From Tolypothrix carrinoi HA7290-LM1 (GTDB taxonomy: Bacteria; Cyanobacteriota; Cyanobacteriia; Cyanobacteriales; Nostocaceae): DNA of 58,118 bases. The position numbers and the translations under genes are program-made. Within the stretch, counting starts at the first letter, position 1. Each line of letters begins with the position of its first letter. The stretch lies in NCBI GenBank assembly GCA_019358935.1, contig JAHHIK010000050.1, positions 1 through 58,118 of the forward strand, written 5' to 3'. Below, piece after piece: positions 28,034 to 38,784 of this stretch. Below the pieces are notes generated by a model. It made no database searches. It saw nothing but the letters and a program-made list of their open reading frames with translations, and had not been told where the DNA came from.

Positions 28034-30064
28034 TTACGCTTGATTCTCAAAGTAAGCTTCTAGCGCTTTGTTCACCAACTCACTCATCGGTTTACCTTGA
28101 CTGGTAGCAGCTGCTTTCAGCTTGACGTACATATCATCTTGAATGCTGACTCGATGCCGACTTTTACTGCTGGCAATGGTAGTATTAGCGATCGCTACCT
28201 CTTTCCCTCCACTTTCTTCTACCACCGCACCAGTTGTAGAATCTGCCATCGTTTCCACCAAACCATCGCTATCATCTGTAATTTCTGGCTCCCCAACAAC
28301 TTCAGATTCGTAATTAGCGGCAAATTCCCGAAGCGCATCAAACCCAACGCGATCGCAAAAATCACCAAAGCTTTCCCCAGTTTGCCGCGACTGCTTGAAG
28401 AACACAAAAATCGGCTCTAGCTGCGTTTCTATGTCATTATGGTGTAGCCTTTCCATATAAGGTAACGCCAATCTAGTTTGAGCCGGCGAACCTCCCAGCC
28501 ATACTTGGTAACTTTCTGGAGCGCTACCCACTAACCCCAATTCTGCCATGTAAGGACGAGCGCAACCGTTCGGGCAACCTGTCATCCTTACCACAAAATG
28601 TTCATTTTGTAAACCCACTTTATCTAATGAAGAGCGAATTCTTTCTAAAATCCCCGGTATTGCTCGTTCTGATTCGGTGATTGCCAAGCCGCAAGTCGGC
28701 ATCGCAGGGCAAGCCATCGCATAGCGCACCAAAGAATCTATTTTACCAGGGTCTGTGACGACACCGTGACGCTCTAGAATCTCTTCAATAACTTGTTTTT
28801 TCTCAGGTTCGATATCAAAGAGAATCGCGTTGTGATGCGGTGTTAAACGGATGGGCAAGTTTAATTGTTGAACAACTTCCCGCAGTCCGGTTTTCAGTTG
28901 CAGAGAACCTTCATCTTTGATGCGACCATTTTCGATGGAAACGCCTAAAAACAGCTTACCATCGCCTTGTTCGTGCCAGCCGAGAAAGTCTTGATATTTC
29001 CACTCTGGCAGTTCTTTAAAGGGTGTGAGTGATTTGCCAAAGTATTCTGCGACCTTTGACTTGAACTTTTCAACCCCCCAATCGTGGATGAGATATTTTA
29101 GTCTAGCGTGACGGCGGTCAGTGCGATCGCCATAATCTCTTTGAGTCGCAACAACCGCTTTAACTATCTCGTAAACGTCATCTTTCGTTACATAGCAAAT
29201 CGGATCAGCCATGCGTGCGAAGGTTTCTTCTTTGTTGTGCGTCCTTCCTAAACCACCACCAGCAAAGACGTTAAATCCTTCTAATTCACCCTTATCATCG
29301 GTTATTACCACCAAAGTGAGGTCTTGGCTATACAAATCAATCGAATTATCTCCCGGAACCGTCACGCAAACTTTGAATTTGCGCGGCATGTAGAGATTGC
29401 CGTAAATTGGTTCTAAGCTATCTTCAGCAATCGACTTACTATTATTTTGCCGCGCTGCCTTGACTTCTGGCTTTTCTTCGGCACTAATTACTTTTTCTCC
29501 ATCCAGCCAAATATCGTAATATGCGCCGGTTTGCGGTTTGAGCAAGTCAGAGATATTTTTGGCATATTCCCAGGCATACTGATATTCTGGGCGATTTTTG
29601 AATGGTGCTGGGGGAGCCATAACGTTACGATTGACATCACCGCAAGCGGATAAAGTCGAACCCATATTTTTGACCATACCAGCGATCGCCGCTTTGAGAT
29701 TTTTCTTTAAAATCCCGTGTAACTGAAACCCTTGACGGGTAGTTACTCGCATTGTATGGTTGCCATAATCATCGGCGAGCTTGTCTATAGTCAGATACAA
29801 TTGTGGGGGAATAAAGCCACCCGGACTGGTGGTTCGCAGCATAAACTGGTAATCTTTTTCCTGTCCCTTGATGCGATTGTCGCGGTTATCCTGCTGGTAA
29901 GAACCGTGAAACTTGAGGATTTGTACTGCATCTTCGCTAAAGTGAGTAGTGTCCTGAAGTAGTTCGCTGGCAACAGGTTCGCGTAAAAAATTACTATGTT
30001 CTTTCAGACCTTCAACTTTAGAAGGTTTACGGTTGGCGGTAGGGGCAGGAGCAGATTTAACCAT
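28034..30064 (-). CDS. sir: Ferredoxin-dependent sulfite reductase with C-terminal extension
   Basis: [40 protein letters not shown] siroheme/[4Fe-4S] motifs. Confidence 0.97.
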   Translation of the reverse strand: MVKSAPAPTANRKPSKVEGLKEHSNFLREPVASELLQDTTHFSEDAVQILKFHGSYQQDNRDNRIKGQEKDYQFMLRTTSPGGFIPPQLYLTIDKLADDYGNHTMRVTTRQGFQLHGILKKNLKAAIAGMVKNMGSTLSACGDVNRNVMAPPAPFKNRPEYQYAWEYAKNISDLLKPQTGAYYDIWLDGEKVISAEEKPEVKAARQNNSKSIAEDSLEPIYGNLYMPRKFKVCVTVPGDNSIDLYSQDLTLVVITDDKGELEGFNVFAGGGLGRTHNKEETFARMADPICYVTKDDVYEIVKAVVATQRDYGDRTDRRHARLKYLIHDWGVEKFKSKVAEYFGKSLTPFKELPEWKYQDFLGWHEQGDGKLFLGVSIENGRIKDEGSLQLKTGLREVVQQLNLPIRLTPHHNAILFDIEPEKKQVIEEILERHGVVTDPGKIDSLVRYAMACPAMPTCGLAITESERAIPGILERIRSSLDKVGLQNEHFVVRMTGCPNGCARPYMAELGLVGSAPESYQVWLGGSPAQTRLALPYMERLHHNDIETQLEPIFVFFKQSRQTGESFGDFCDRVGFDALREFAANYESEVVGEPEITDDSDGLVETMADSTTGAVVEESGGKEVAIANTTIASSKSRHRVSIQDDMYVKLKAAATSQGKPMSELVNKALEAYFENQA

Positions 30065-30354
30065 TAGAGTTGTATAGTGTTCTCAATAAGGCATTATTTT
30101 ACGCCGAAGCAGCTAGTTCTTAGCACTTATTCGGCTATCGATCCCCGGTAATCCGGTCGGAATCAAGAGGAATATTTTACATTTTAACATGGCAAAAGCT
30201 GGGTTTATCAGTGATGCAACACTTAACAAACCCAGCAATATTTTATATGGTTATGAGTCGCTTCTAGAAATTGGTTGAAGCTACGATTTAAACCAAAGGG
30301 TAGCGCTAAAAGTTATAGGAGTCTTGTGTGAGGAGGCTGACGGTAGATTACATT

Positions 30355-30891
30355 TTACTTGAAGCGAACACCGACACCAGTTTGGATGCTCAGAGCAGAA
30401 GCAGGGCTATTTTGGTAGGCATCAATTCCTAAAGTAGCATTACTGTAGAGCAAGAAATTTTTAGTAACTTCAGATTCTACACCAGCAGTTACAGCCACGC
30501 CATCTTTGTTGCCGAGGGGACTTGGTTTACCGTTTGCTTCCACAAAAGAGTAGCCAAGACCTAAAAAGGCGTTGGTGTTTTTAGCAATACCCACATCAGC
30601 GGAAACTTGAGGGATAATAGCAGTTGTTTGGTCGCTCCAAAGAACATGACCGCGTGCTGAAAATGGAGTATCTCCTAATTTCAAGCGACCTGTAAGATTA
30701 CCACCAAAAGTTGCCGCATCACCTGTTTGTCCACCGTTGGTAACACCAATTCCCACACCAGCACCGACATAGCTGGCGTCAGTACCATTTTTGGTTTGAG
30801 CAGAAGCTTGACCGGCAGAAAGAAAAATAGGAGCAACTACTAAAGAAGACAATGCAGAAATTGTCACAAAAGACTTGATAAAGCGCTTCAT
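30355..30891 (-). CDS. Secreted, probable small outer-membrane beta-barrel protein
   Basis: Signal peptide ending ASA-Q, alternating beta-strands, C-terminal GVGVRF. Confidence 0.8.
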   Translation of the reverse strand: MKRFIKSFVTISALSSLVVAPIFLSAGQASAQTKNGTDASYVGAGVGIGVTNGGQTGDAATFGGNLTGRLKLGDTPFSARGHVLWSDQTTAIIPQVSADVGIAKNTNAFLGLGYSFVEANGKPSPLGNKDGVAVTAGVESEVTKNFLLYSNATLGIDAYQNSPASALSIQTGVGVRFK

Positions 30892-31519
30892 AATGTCACC
30901 GAATTTGTAGGTGTTGCATTTAAAGTCTAGGTCGAGAATCAATGAAAAAAGTTCCAGAAAATTTCGATAATTTCTGAATAAATTGTCACTATTAATGCAC
31001 GTCACTGAGAAGACAATTACCCACAAATATTAATAAGCTGTTATCATTACGGAGATTTTTTTTTACATCCGGCATTTTTTCACATAAGTAGACAGTTTTT
31101 TAACTGGTACAAACTTGAGAAATAAAAGTTTGTCTACTTAAGTCAAAAAAAGAGCCTTTACAAACTGTGTATTTTCTCAAGTTAGAAATAATTATGACTG
31201 ACGCAAAAATCTTCTCAAACCCTCCTTCCTCTGTGAACTCTGCGTCGCGCCAGATGCTTCAAGTCGGCAGAGCCGACGGCAGGTGCGCGTCTGCCGGGAA
31301 ACCCGTCCAACGCACTGCCTCCCCAACGCACTGGCTTCTCTGCGGTTCGTTTTTTTCAGTCAACATAAAATGTAGACGAATGTCAATCGCGCACCCTAAA
31401 TATGGGTTTCGGTGCGTTACGCTCTCGCTAACGCACCCTACAATGGTTTTACTGTTTAGGCAATCCGATGAAGTGTGGATATAAAGTTGATTGTTGAAAA
31501 TTATCCCAGCGAGTAAATA

Positions 31520-32518
31520 ATGCTAACTACGACAAAAACGTTGTCTGGTTTGATGGGTTTGTGTATCGGTGATGCTTTAGGTGTCCCAGTAGAATTTACT
31601 AGCCGTGTTGAACGAATTAAATCGCCAGTAACATCGATGCAGGGTTATGGAACTTGGAATGTACCACCTGGCACATGGTCTGATGATAGTTCATTGACGT
31701 TTTGTTTGGCAGAATGTCTTTGTAACGGTTTTTCTTTGGATGCGATCGCCAATTCATTCTCGCGTTGGTATCATGAAGCGTACTGGACTGCCCACGGTGA
31801 AGTCTTTGACGTTGGTAACACCACATTTTTAGCGATAGCGAAGCGCTGCTGCCTTCGGCAGATCGCTAACTATAAACAAGGAATTCCACCTTTGGAAGCC
31901 GGAGGAAAGACGGAAAATAGTAATGGTAATGGTTCTTTAATGAGAATCTTACCTATGGCTTATTATCACAAAAGCTTAACTTTTGCAGAATTGATTTCGC
32001 GGGTACACCAAGTTTCTTGTATTACCCATGCTCATATGCGATAGCGAAGCGCTGCTGCGAAGCGCAGATCGCAAATTGCCTGCGGTATATATATCAGTAT
32101 CGCAGTTTGCCTTTTGCAAGGAGTTGATCCGCAAGCAGCTTATTTACAAGGTTTAGAAAACATTCGCTCCTTTTACTCTACGTCTGTTTACGCTTTGGAA
32201 ATGCCGCATTTTTCCAGAGTCTTCGGTGGCGAAATTGACAAATTACCACTCGAAGACATTCGTTCTAGCGGCTATGTAATTGATACTTTAGAAGCGTCGC
32301 TTTGGTGTTTATTAAAAACTTCTAACTACGCCGAGGCAGTACTCAAAGCGGTAAATTTAGGGGGAGACACTGATACTACTGCCGCTGTAACTGGTGGGTT
32401 GGCGGGAATTTATTATGGGGTGGAAAATATTCCCTCAGAATGGGTTGAGCAAATTGCCCGAAAACAGGACATTATTAATTTAGCAGAACGTTTGGCAGCG
32501 GCTGTTTACGCAAAGTAG
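31520..32518 (+). pseudogene. ADP-ribosylglycohydrolase interrupted by a TAG within a 27-bp insertion
   Basis: GDALG, WSDDS, GNGSLMR, GGDTDT; the two ORFs share a frame; 27-bp inserts in HIP1 sites at 31837-31863 and 32043-32069. Confidence 0.9.
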
Positions 32519-32539
32519 AGACGTGACAATGAAACGTCT

Positions 32540-32872
32540 CTACTCCTTAATTTTGACTTGTTCGGCAATCCATTCGAGATAGGGTTGAGAATCGGCAATA
32601 ATGGGTAGAGCGATGATTTCTGAAACTTCGTAGGAATGCAATTCGCGAATTTTGGCTTCTAAGGTGGGAAATAGCGCCAAATCGGTTTTAATCAACAATT
32701 GCCATTCTTGCTCTTTGTGTAGTTTTCCTTGCCAAATATAAATTGAGTGAATTGGCAGTAAACTTACACAAGCCGCGAGTTGAGCTTCTACAAGAGCATT
32801 AGCGATCGCTTCTGCTTCTTCTATTGAAGCAGTTGTCACTAATACCACACCATAGCCGACTGAGCTATCCAT
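32540..32872 (-). CDS. cutA: Divalent-cation tolerance protein CutA
   Basis: LAACV..SIYIWQG..EWQLLIKT..HSYEVSEII. Confidence 0.95.
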   Translation of the reverse strand: MDSSVGYGVVLVTTASIEEAEAIANALVEAQLAACVSLLPIHSIYIWQGKLHKEQEWQLLIKTDLALFPTLEAKIRELHSYEVSEIIALPIIADSQPYLEWIAEQVKIKE

Positions 32873-32958
32873 ATCAACAACTCATTAATTGAATAATAGT
32901 TATGAGTTATAAGTTATGAGTTTGTAATTGCTAATAACTTATAACTCATGACTAATGA

Positions 32959-34020
32959 TTAAACACCAGACAAAGAATATACCTGACCATCAATTAACAG
33001 TCGCGTGATCCCCTTAGCTTGCAGATGAGTTCGCGCTTTGTGGAGCATTTTACTATCTGGAACTTTAATTACGCGATCGCGCTTGGTAGAGAAGCGCTTT
33101 GCTACTCGGTGGTTATCAAATATCGGCAAAGTTCTTTGCTGAGTTTCGATGGTGGGAATTTGCCCCAAATCGCCAAAATCTTTCAGCGGTCGAGTGATTA
33201 ATTCTGAGGAGCGATCGATTACTAAATAGCAAGTTTTGGGCAAATGAGCTGCCGACAATGGCAAAACTTGCACCGCGACATCACCATTAGCTCGTCTTGT
33301 GACTAAAGGTCTTGGCTCCTCAAAGTCGTCATCATCCTCATCAAAATCATCATCATCTAAATCGTCGTCTAAATCGTCCAAATCCTCTGACTCGTCTAGC
33401 AAGTCTTCGCCCAGCATTTGCGCGATTACAGTCGGGTTTGGACGTTCACCCTCTAACATTGGGCTAGGAATACTAGCTATTTCTTGGGGCTTTTGTTCTA
33501 GAAGTTCTAATTGCTCCGCTACTGGTTGTCTTGGTATCGGTGTCGGTGCTGAGGAACGCCGGCGCACCCGTCTGTTAGCGGCTGCTTCCTCGTCGGTTTC
33601 ATCTTCTTGGTAAGGTTGTGCCTCTACTACTGGTGGAGGCTCAACAACTTTGATTTTTGGAGGTGCCTTGCGCGGACTTGGCAAAGAAGTTTTCGGCAAT
33701 TCCGGTGGAAAGCTTTCTTCCTTGGGAGTTGCTTTCACCTCGACTTCTTTGACTTCTTTCTCTTTTTGTGGTAGAAGTTTCGATTGCACTTGGTCATAGT
33801 TTACCTGCGCTCTGCCTTCAGGAGTTCGGGCAGCCCGCTTTAAAGAAACGAGGTATTCGTACTCGTCTTCTGGTAAGGTACTTTTGAGCAAGCGACTAAT
33901 TGTCGAATTACTAACTTCATAGCGTTCTGCCAAAGTTGAAGTTGTTTCGGCAGTCTCTCGATATAACTTAAGAATTTCTTGTTTATCAGAATCTGTTAGT
34001 TTTCTCACGGTAGATACCAA
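32959..34020 (-). CDS. Conserved cyanobacterial protein: N-terminal HTH, Pro/acidic linker, conserved C-domain
   Basis: RKLTDSDKQEILKLY..LAERYEVSNSTISR; poly-Asp tract; C-terminal LPKTCYLVIDR domain. Confidence 0.85.
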   Translation of the reverse strand: MVSTVRKLTDSDKQEILKLYRETAETTSTLAERYEVSNSTISRLLKSTLPEDEYEYLVSLKRAARTPEGRAQVNYDQVQSKLLPQKEKEVKEVEVKATPKEESFPPELPKTSLPSPRKAPPKIKVVEPPPVVEAQPYQEDETDEEAAANRRVRRRSSAPTPIPRQPVAEQLELLEQKPQEIASIPSPMLEGERPNPTVIAQMLGEDLLDESEDLDDLDDDLDDDDFDEDDDDFEEPRPLVTRRANGDVAVQVLPLSAAHLPKTCYLVIDRSSELITRPLKDFGDLGQIPTIETQQRTLPIFDNHRVAKRFSTKRDRVIKVPDSKMLHKARTHLQAKGITRLLIDGQVYSLSGV

Positions 34021-34028
34021 AATTTTTG

Positions 34029-34910
34029 TTAAGCTCGTTTTCGTCCGCCGACACGCCGCGATCGCACTTTAGATGCGTCATATTCCAAGGCTGCGCTGAT
34101 GCCAAATAACACTCCACTTATTACCCAAAATACCTCTAGTATCTCTCCACTTTGATAATTGGGAATCCGATTGGCATATTGAAACCACATATCTGCTATG
34201 TAGAGCGAAAACGCTGCGGCTGCAATCATTCGCCAAGATAGAGAAGCTCGTCCGCCCCAAAAAGCTAGCAGTAGCGTGGTGGCGATAATTAACAATAACA
34301 CGTCGCTGACAATGTAAACAGTACTTAAAACCAAAGCGATATTTTCTACCCCTGATGGCACTTGTTCGGTGACATTTACTCCTTGTGGTTGCTGAGAAAT
34401 TAGCCACGCCAAAGCGCTGCCAAATGCTCCAATTGCCGACACAATCATCCACTGCCATTTTTCCAGATTGAGTCGCCTAGAAGCAACTGCTAAAATCATG
34501 CCTACACCAAGGAACAAATAAGTCACCACAAAAAATACATCACCTAGGGAAACGATTGGCTCTTCTTTTAATACTATTTCCGTATAGCCGAAAAATATTC
34601 CGCCAAGAAAATAAGAAAGCATCCCAATGCCAATTGCCAGCCAAACATTGCGATCGCTGACAATTTGCGGACTGCGCCAATTCCTTAAGCATAATATCCC
34701 GGCACTTAAATAAGCCAATGCTTCAAAAATATTTGTACCAATTACGTACCAGGCAGCACGACTTTGTGTGCCGTCTGCTCCTGGAATTTTGGCACTAAAC
34801 AACAAAAAGTACAATAGTGCCAGCACACCCCAGGCAATACTAGCCAAAACGATGTTTCTCGTTTTGAACAGGGATTTAGTCGGATATGAATTGTTGTAAG
34901 ATGCTCTCAT
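34029..34910 (-). CDS. Multi-pass membrane protein
   Basis: About 8 hydrophobic segments. Confidence 0.85.
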   Translation of the reverse strand: MRASYNNSYPTKSLFKTRNIVLASIAWGVLALLYFLLFSAKIPGADGTQSRAAWYVIGTNIFEALAYLSAGILCLRNWRSPQIVSDRNVWLAIGIGMLSYFLGGIFFGYTEIVLKEEPIVSLGDVFFVVTYLFLGVGMILAVASRRLNLEKWQWMIVSAIGAFGSALAWLISQQPQGVNVTEQVPSGVENIALVLSTVYIVSDVLLLIIATTLLLAFWGGRASLSWRMIAAAAFSLYIADMWFQYANRIPNYQSGEILEVFWVISGVLFGISAALEYDASKVRSRRVGGRKRA

Positions 34911-35057
34911 ATAACTTAACTGTATAAATACATTCACAGCAGTGCAGTATTTTGGCAATTGGGTGCAGTCAACGGTTGATGTGACTAAAGGGTTCATTTA
35001 ACTTCAAAGCGTAGTCGAAAATTCTTTCACCAAAAGAAACTGCCGATGATATGTTGG

Positions 35058-35717
35058 TTATTGCCATAGTTTACTCAGTGGAGATTGATTTAGCCAACTG
35101 ATAAAGTGCGATCGCTCTCCCGATGGCATATCTTGTAATGTACCAGCCACAAGTTTTGCAAAGTTGGCATTGCCAAAATATCCTTTCCCCAATCGATGCA
35201 GTTCTTGCAAAAGCAGAATTACATGATTTTCTTGCCAAGCGGGAAGTTTGGCTAACTGCAATGGGTTGGTTGTCAGCAAGTTACGAGTTGTCTCTGATGA
35301 GGATACCTGGGGAAATTGCTTTTGTTGCAAAACGGACGCAATATCTTTCTCAAATAATGACGCTTGTCGAGTCCCTAAAAGCTCTTCAATGTCAACATAA
35401 ACCGCTTGCAGTAGCAATAAACTGGCTTGGATCAAAATTCCTGTCTTGCTATGACTACCAGTGTCACTATCTAGTTGCTCTAAACGGATTTTACCCCAAA
35501 CGCTGTAGCGCTCCGGTTCCTCTAGCAAGACACAGGCTTTACCTCGATTATCAGTTAATTCCCTCCACAACGCTCTAGCTTCTTCCTCTTGATTAGCCTT
35601 GAAGACGCTAATCAAACGAAACGTTAGCTCCTGATAATAAAGGATCGGCACTTGCTGATCCCGTTTTGGGTGCTGAATCGACGATATTTCAACATCCTGC
35701 CGTTTGAGAATAAACAT
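35058..35717 (-). CDS. Conserved cyanobacterial protein (resembles Npun_F0813 family)
   Basis: MFILKRQDVEI..GKACVLLEEP..YSVW; family recalled from memory, not searched. Confidence 0.75.
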   Translation of the reverse strand: MFILKRQDVEISSIQHPKRDQQVPILYYQELTFRLISVFKANQEEEARALWRELTDNRGKACVLLEEPERYSVWGKIRLEQLDSDTGSHSKTGILIQASLLLLQAVYVDIEELLGTRQASLFEKDIASVLQQKQFPQVSSSETTRNLLTTNPLQLAKLPAWQENHVILLLQELHRLGKGYFGNANFAKLVAGTLQDMPSGERSHFISWLNQSPLSKLWQ

Positions 35718-36024
35718 GGCACACCGAAATTAACTTTTGACAGGGGCATTCTTGATATGCTATCTATAATGGCACCGCAAGCTTATTGGCTCATAGTGCT
35801 TTCTTCTGGGCTTTTGGTTTGAGCGCATCCATTTGTTCCAACTCATTCACAACACAATATACAAGCGTGCAATACTCCCTAATTGAACGTTTTTCGTCTA
35901 AATTGGTAATAAGCAACTTCTTCAAGCCTAGGAGTGAAAATGCATAATCTATAATAGATTGCATTTTGCCCTTAAGCACATATATAATAAACGCTGACTC
36001 TTTCGAGGGACAATGATTTAATTT

Positions 36025-36097
36025 GGGTGTGTAACTCAGGGGATAGAGTAGCTGCCTTCTAAGCAGTCAGTCGCAGGTTCGATTCCTGCCACACCCG
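36025..36097 (+). tRNA. trnR: tRNA-Arg(UCU)
   Basis: Acceptor stem GGGTGTG/CACACCC, anticodon loop CT-TCT-AA, T arm GGTTCGATTCC; no intron. Confidence 0.92.
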
Positions 36098-36163
36098 TTT
36101 TAACTAAATACGAACCCTCAAGCATAGTAGCATGATATGATGAAGTCAGATTGAGGGTTCATT

Positions 36164-36820
36164 TTGCTGCATCATACTAAAAACAAAGGTGATATTGCTG
36201 CAACCAAAGCCATAGCCGACCTAACATTGAAAGGATACTTAATTCTTACACCCGTCGTTTGCGAACATTTACCTTTTGATTTTGTTGCGTACAAAGATGA
36301 CAAATTTTACAGAATACAAGCTAAATATTCTGGAGACAATAGAGTAGTAAATAAGACTATTTGGGTGGATAAAAACGGTATCCACCGCAGAAAGTATAAT
36401 ACAAAAGACTTTGACTTTTATGCGGTTTATCTGCCTGATATAGATAAAGTTGTTTATCCATCAATTAACTTTGGTGGTTGCTGCATCAATACCCAAATAC
36501 CTAATTCAGCTACACCGTTTTACTGGTGGGAGGATTTTACAGACTTTACTAAGGAAGCGCTGAAGCGCACTTATAAAGAATTTGGTGTAGACTTAACAAC
36601 CAGAAAGGTTAACCCAGACTCTAGAATTCACACTAGAAAAGTAGAAAGACCTTCTAAAGAAGAACTGGAAAAACTAGTGTGGTCAAAGCCAACAGCGCAA
36701 ATAGGCAAAGACTTTGGTGTTTCTGATAAAGCTGTAGAAAAATGGTGTAAGACTTATGGGATAGAGAAACCCCCTAGAGGATATTGGGTTAAAAAGGCTT
36801 ATGGAAAAATAGAAGAATAG
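36164..36820 (+). CDS. Group I intron-type PD-(D/E)XK endonuclease with C-terminal HTH, free-standing
   Basis: TKNKGDIA..PFDFVAY..RIQAKY..FDFYAVY (I-Ssp6803I-like); C-terminal PSKEELEKLVW..GVSDKAVEKWC. Confidence 0.85.
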   Translation: MLHHTKNKGDIAATKAIADLTLKGYLILTPVVCEHLPFDFVAYKDDKFYRIQAKYSGDNRVVNKTIWVDKNGIHRRKYNTKDFDFYAVYLPDIDKVVYPSINFGGCCINTQIPNSATPFYWWEDFTDFTKEALKRTYKEFGVDLTTRKVNPDSRIHTRKVERPSKEELEKLVWSKPTAQIGKDFGVSDKAVEKWCKTYGIEKPPRGYWVKKAYGKIEE

Positions 36821-36836
36821 TTAAGCGATATCTTTT

Positions 36837-38185
36837 TTAAAGAGGTTTCATCTGCTCAAGTACCTTGTTGTCAAGATACTTTTGTTCAATCATCTCTACT
36901 GAATTATCGCACCATTTAGCCACTACAGCAGTGGGAACAACGGCAGGTGCGCGTCTGCCGGGAAACCCGGACGCCAGACGCCTCAAGTCGGCAAAGCCTT
37001 TCGGCAGTCGCTCATGGGGGAAACCACGCCACATGCTTCAAGCCGGGAAACCCGTCCAACGCAGTGGCTCCCCAAGACCGCGCTGCCTCACCACGGCGCT
37101 GGCTCTCCAACGCACTGCCTCCCCTTAGCAATTTGTTCTGAGATGAAAGTATCACGACAAGAATATGGGGTTGTTTTGCGTTCTACTAAAGAATCTACAA
37201 TTTTATCCCAGGCACGGCGAGAAAAGTTTCTATAATGTATTGATAATCCTTCGGGAGAGGGAAATACTAAAGATTCTGGTTCAGGATTTTCCGGCTTAAT
37301 TTGTAGGAGTAATAACTGTAGTTTGTGGTTACAGTTAAACACTCGCTTTTTATTATTTTTAGAACCATTAACTCTGACTCTTTCACCGTTACCTACCTGA
37401 ACTAACGCACCTTCAAAGGTAATCCTAGAACAATCCGATATAACATGTTTCCACTGTAAACCGATCGCTTCCGAAGGTCTACAGCCAGTTAAAAATAAAA
37501 ACTCTACAAATGGTGCATAATAACTGTAGCCTATACCTTTAGTTGGTTTGTGATTTCTAAAAGCCTGAATTATTTTTTGCTTTTCCTCTTCACTGAAAGC
37601 ATTAGGTTCTGAATTATCTTGCCATTTATGCTTGGGGAGTTCATTATACATTCCATCAAAAAAATTATTTGTAACTAAACCGTGTTTCATTCCCCATTTA
37701 CAGGCTGCTGAAAGATACATCAGTACATCTTTTACTTGTGAATTGGTTGTTTGTTGCAACAGCGCAAGACGAATTTTTATAGGTTCATCCAATAATTGAT
37801 ATGAACAGCGTTTAATATGTTTCTCAAGTACAGCTAGTTTATCCAGCGTTGTAGGTTTTAAAGCTTGACGCTTGTAGTCAATATATTCATCCCACAATTC
37901 TGAAATTGTTGATACCTTCTGCGCTGACTCTGGTTTGACTATAGATAAATGTCTCTGCGGTTTGTACTTGTCAAGTGTTTCATCAAAGCAGTCAGCGAGT
38001 ATGTCTAGTTCTATTTCGTTTGCCTTTTGTTCTGCTAGCTTTAAATTATCTGGGGTATCGGCTAAACCAAGCGCTATATACCTTTTGTTGTTACCACATA
38101 CTTGCTTTGGCAGTCTCAATCGCAATCTATCTTGAAAAGATTCGATGGCTACCGAACCGTTGGTAGCTTTCTGTGTTGTGTTCAT
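36837..38185 (-). pseudogene. Tyrosine integrase (Arm-binding + catalytic) disrupted near the C-terminus
   Basis: RLRLRLP arm domain, LTGCRPSEAIGL, PYSCRDTF; the tail VPTAVVAKWCDNSVEMIEQKYLD carrying the probable catalytic Tyr is cut off by an insertion at ~36941-37120. Confidence 0.9.
36941..37120. repeat. Nested SDR-type small dispersed repeats
   Basis: Four concentric related units (CGGCAG..CTGCC / CGCCAG..CTGGC stems). Confidence 0.8.
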
Positions 38186-38358
38186 GCTCTCGATTTTGGC
38201 TATGAATATCATGTATTTTACAAAATCGTAGCCAAATCATAGCCAAAAAAACAAGTAGGATATCCAATAATAGACAAAAAAGCAAGATGGGATGCTCAAA
38301 AACCAGAATTTTGAACATCCTATCACTTGAAATGCTTGATTTTTCGTACTCTCAAAAA

Positions 38359-38430
38359 AGCCCGTGACGAGGATTGAACTCGTGACCTCACCCTTACCAA
38401 GGGTGTGCTCTACCACTGAGCCACACGGGC
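38359..38430 (-). tRNA. trnT: tRNA-Thr(GGU)
   Basis: GCCCGTGTGGCTCAGTGGTAGAGCACACCCTTGGTAAGGGTGAGGTCACGAGTTCAATCCTCGTCACGGGCT. Confidence 0.97.
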
Positions 38431-38516
38431 AAAATAGCCTTAAGATAGGGATTTGTTAATTTCTCAACTATGCTAACGCATAATTCTAAAATCAACACTG
38501 ATGATTTGTAGTGAGA

Positions 38517-38597
38517 TGGGCCGAGCTGGATTTGAACCAGCGTAGCTTTCGCAACGGATTTACAGTCCGTCTCCATTAACCACTCGGACATCGACCC
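38517..38597 (-). tRNA. trnY: tRNA-Tyr(GUA)
   Basis: GGGTCGATGTCCGAGTGG..GACTGTAAATCC..long variable arm..GGTTCAAATCC; the usual cyanobacterial trnY-trnT pair. Confidence 0.97.
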
Positions 38598-38784
38598 ATT
38601 TATCTCACGATTACTAATAGTAGCATAAGGTTTTAGAAATGCCAATAGTTTTTGCAAACAAATTTGCGGAAAGTTTGAGCGGAGGTTTCCTCCGATCAAA
38701 GCTTTACAAGACAGAGTAATGGCATTGCCGGAACAAAACGTACAATAAAGCTAGGTTTACTCTTGGAATGTGAGCGATTCGGCA

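Noticed and set aside
31085..31185. IS607 end relic (TAAGTAGACA..TGTCTACTTA)
   Set aside because: Only a 10-11 bp match to the IS607 left end; too short to call, probably a dispersed palindrome
32959..34020. Transposase (N-terminal HTH)
   Set aside because: No DDE/HUH catalytic domain or terminal repeats; sits among conserved genes
35791..35979. 62-aa ORF upstream of tRNA-Arg
   Set aside because: Non-ATG start, no recognisable motif, overlaps the likely tRNA promoter region
36025..36820. Group I intron in the tRNA carrying the endonuclease
   Set aside because: The tRNA cloverleaf is uninterrupted and the ORF lies outside it; no intron core was recognised
38394..38699. 101-aa ORF
   Set aside because: Overlaps tRNA-Tyr and tRNA-Thr; spurious
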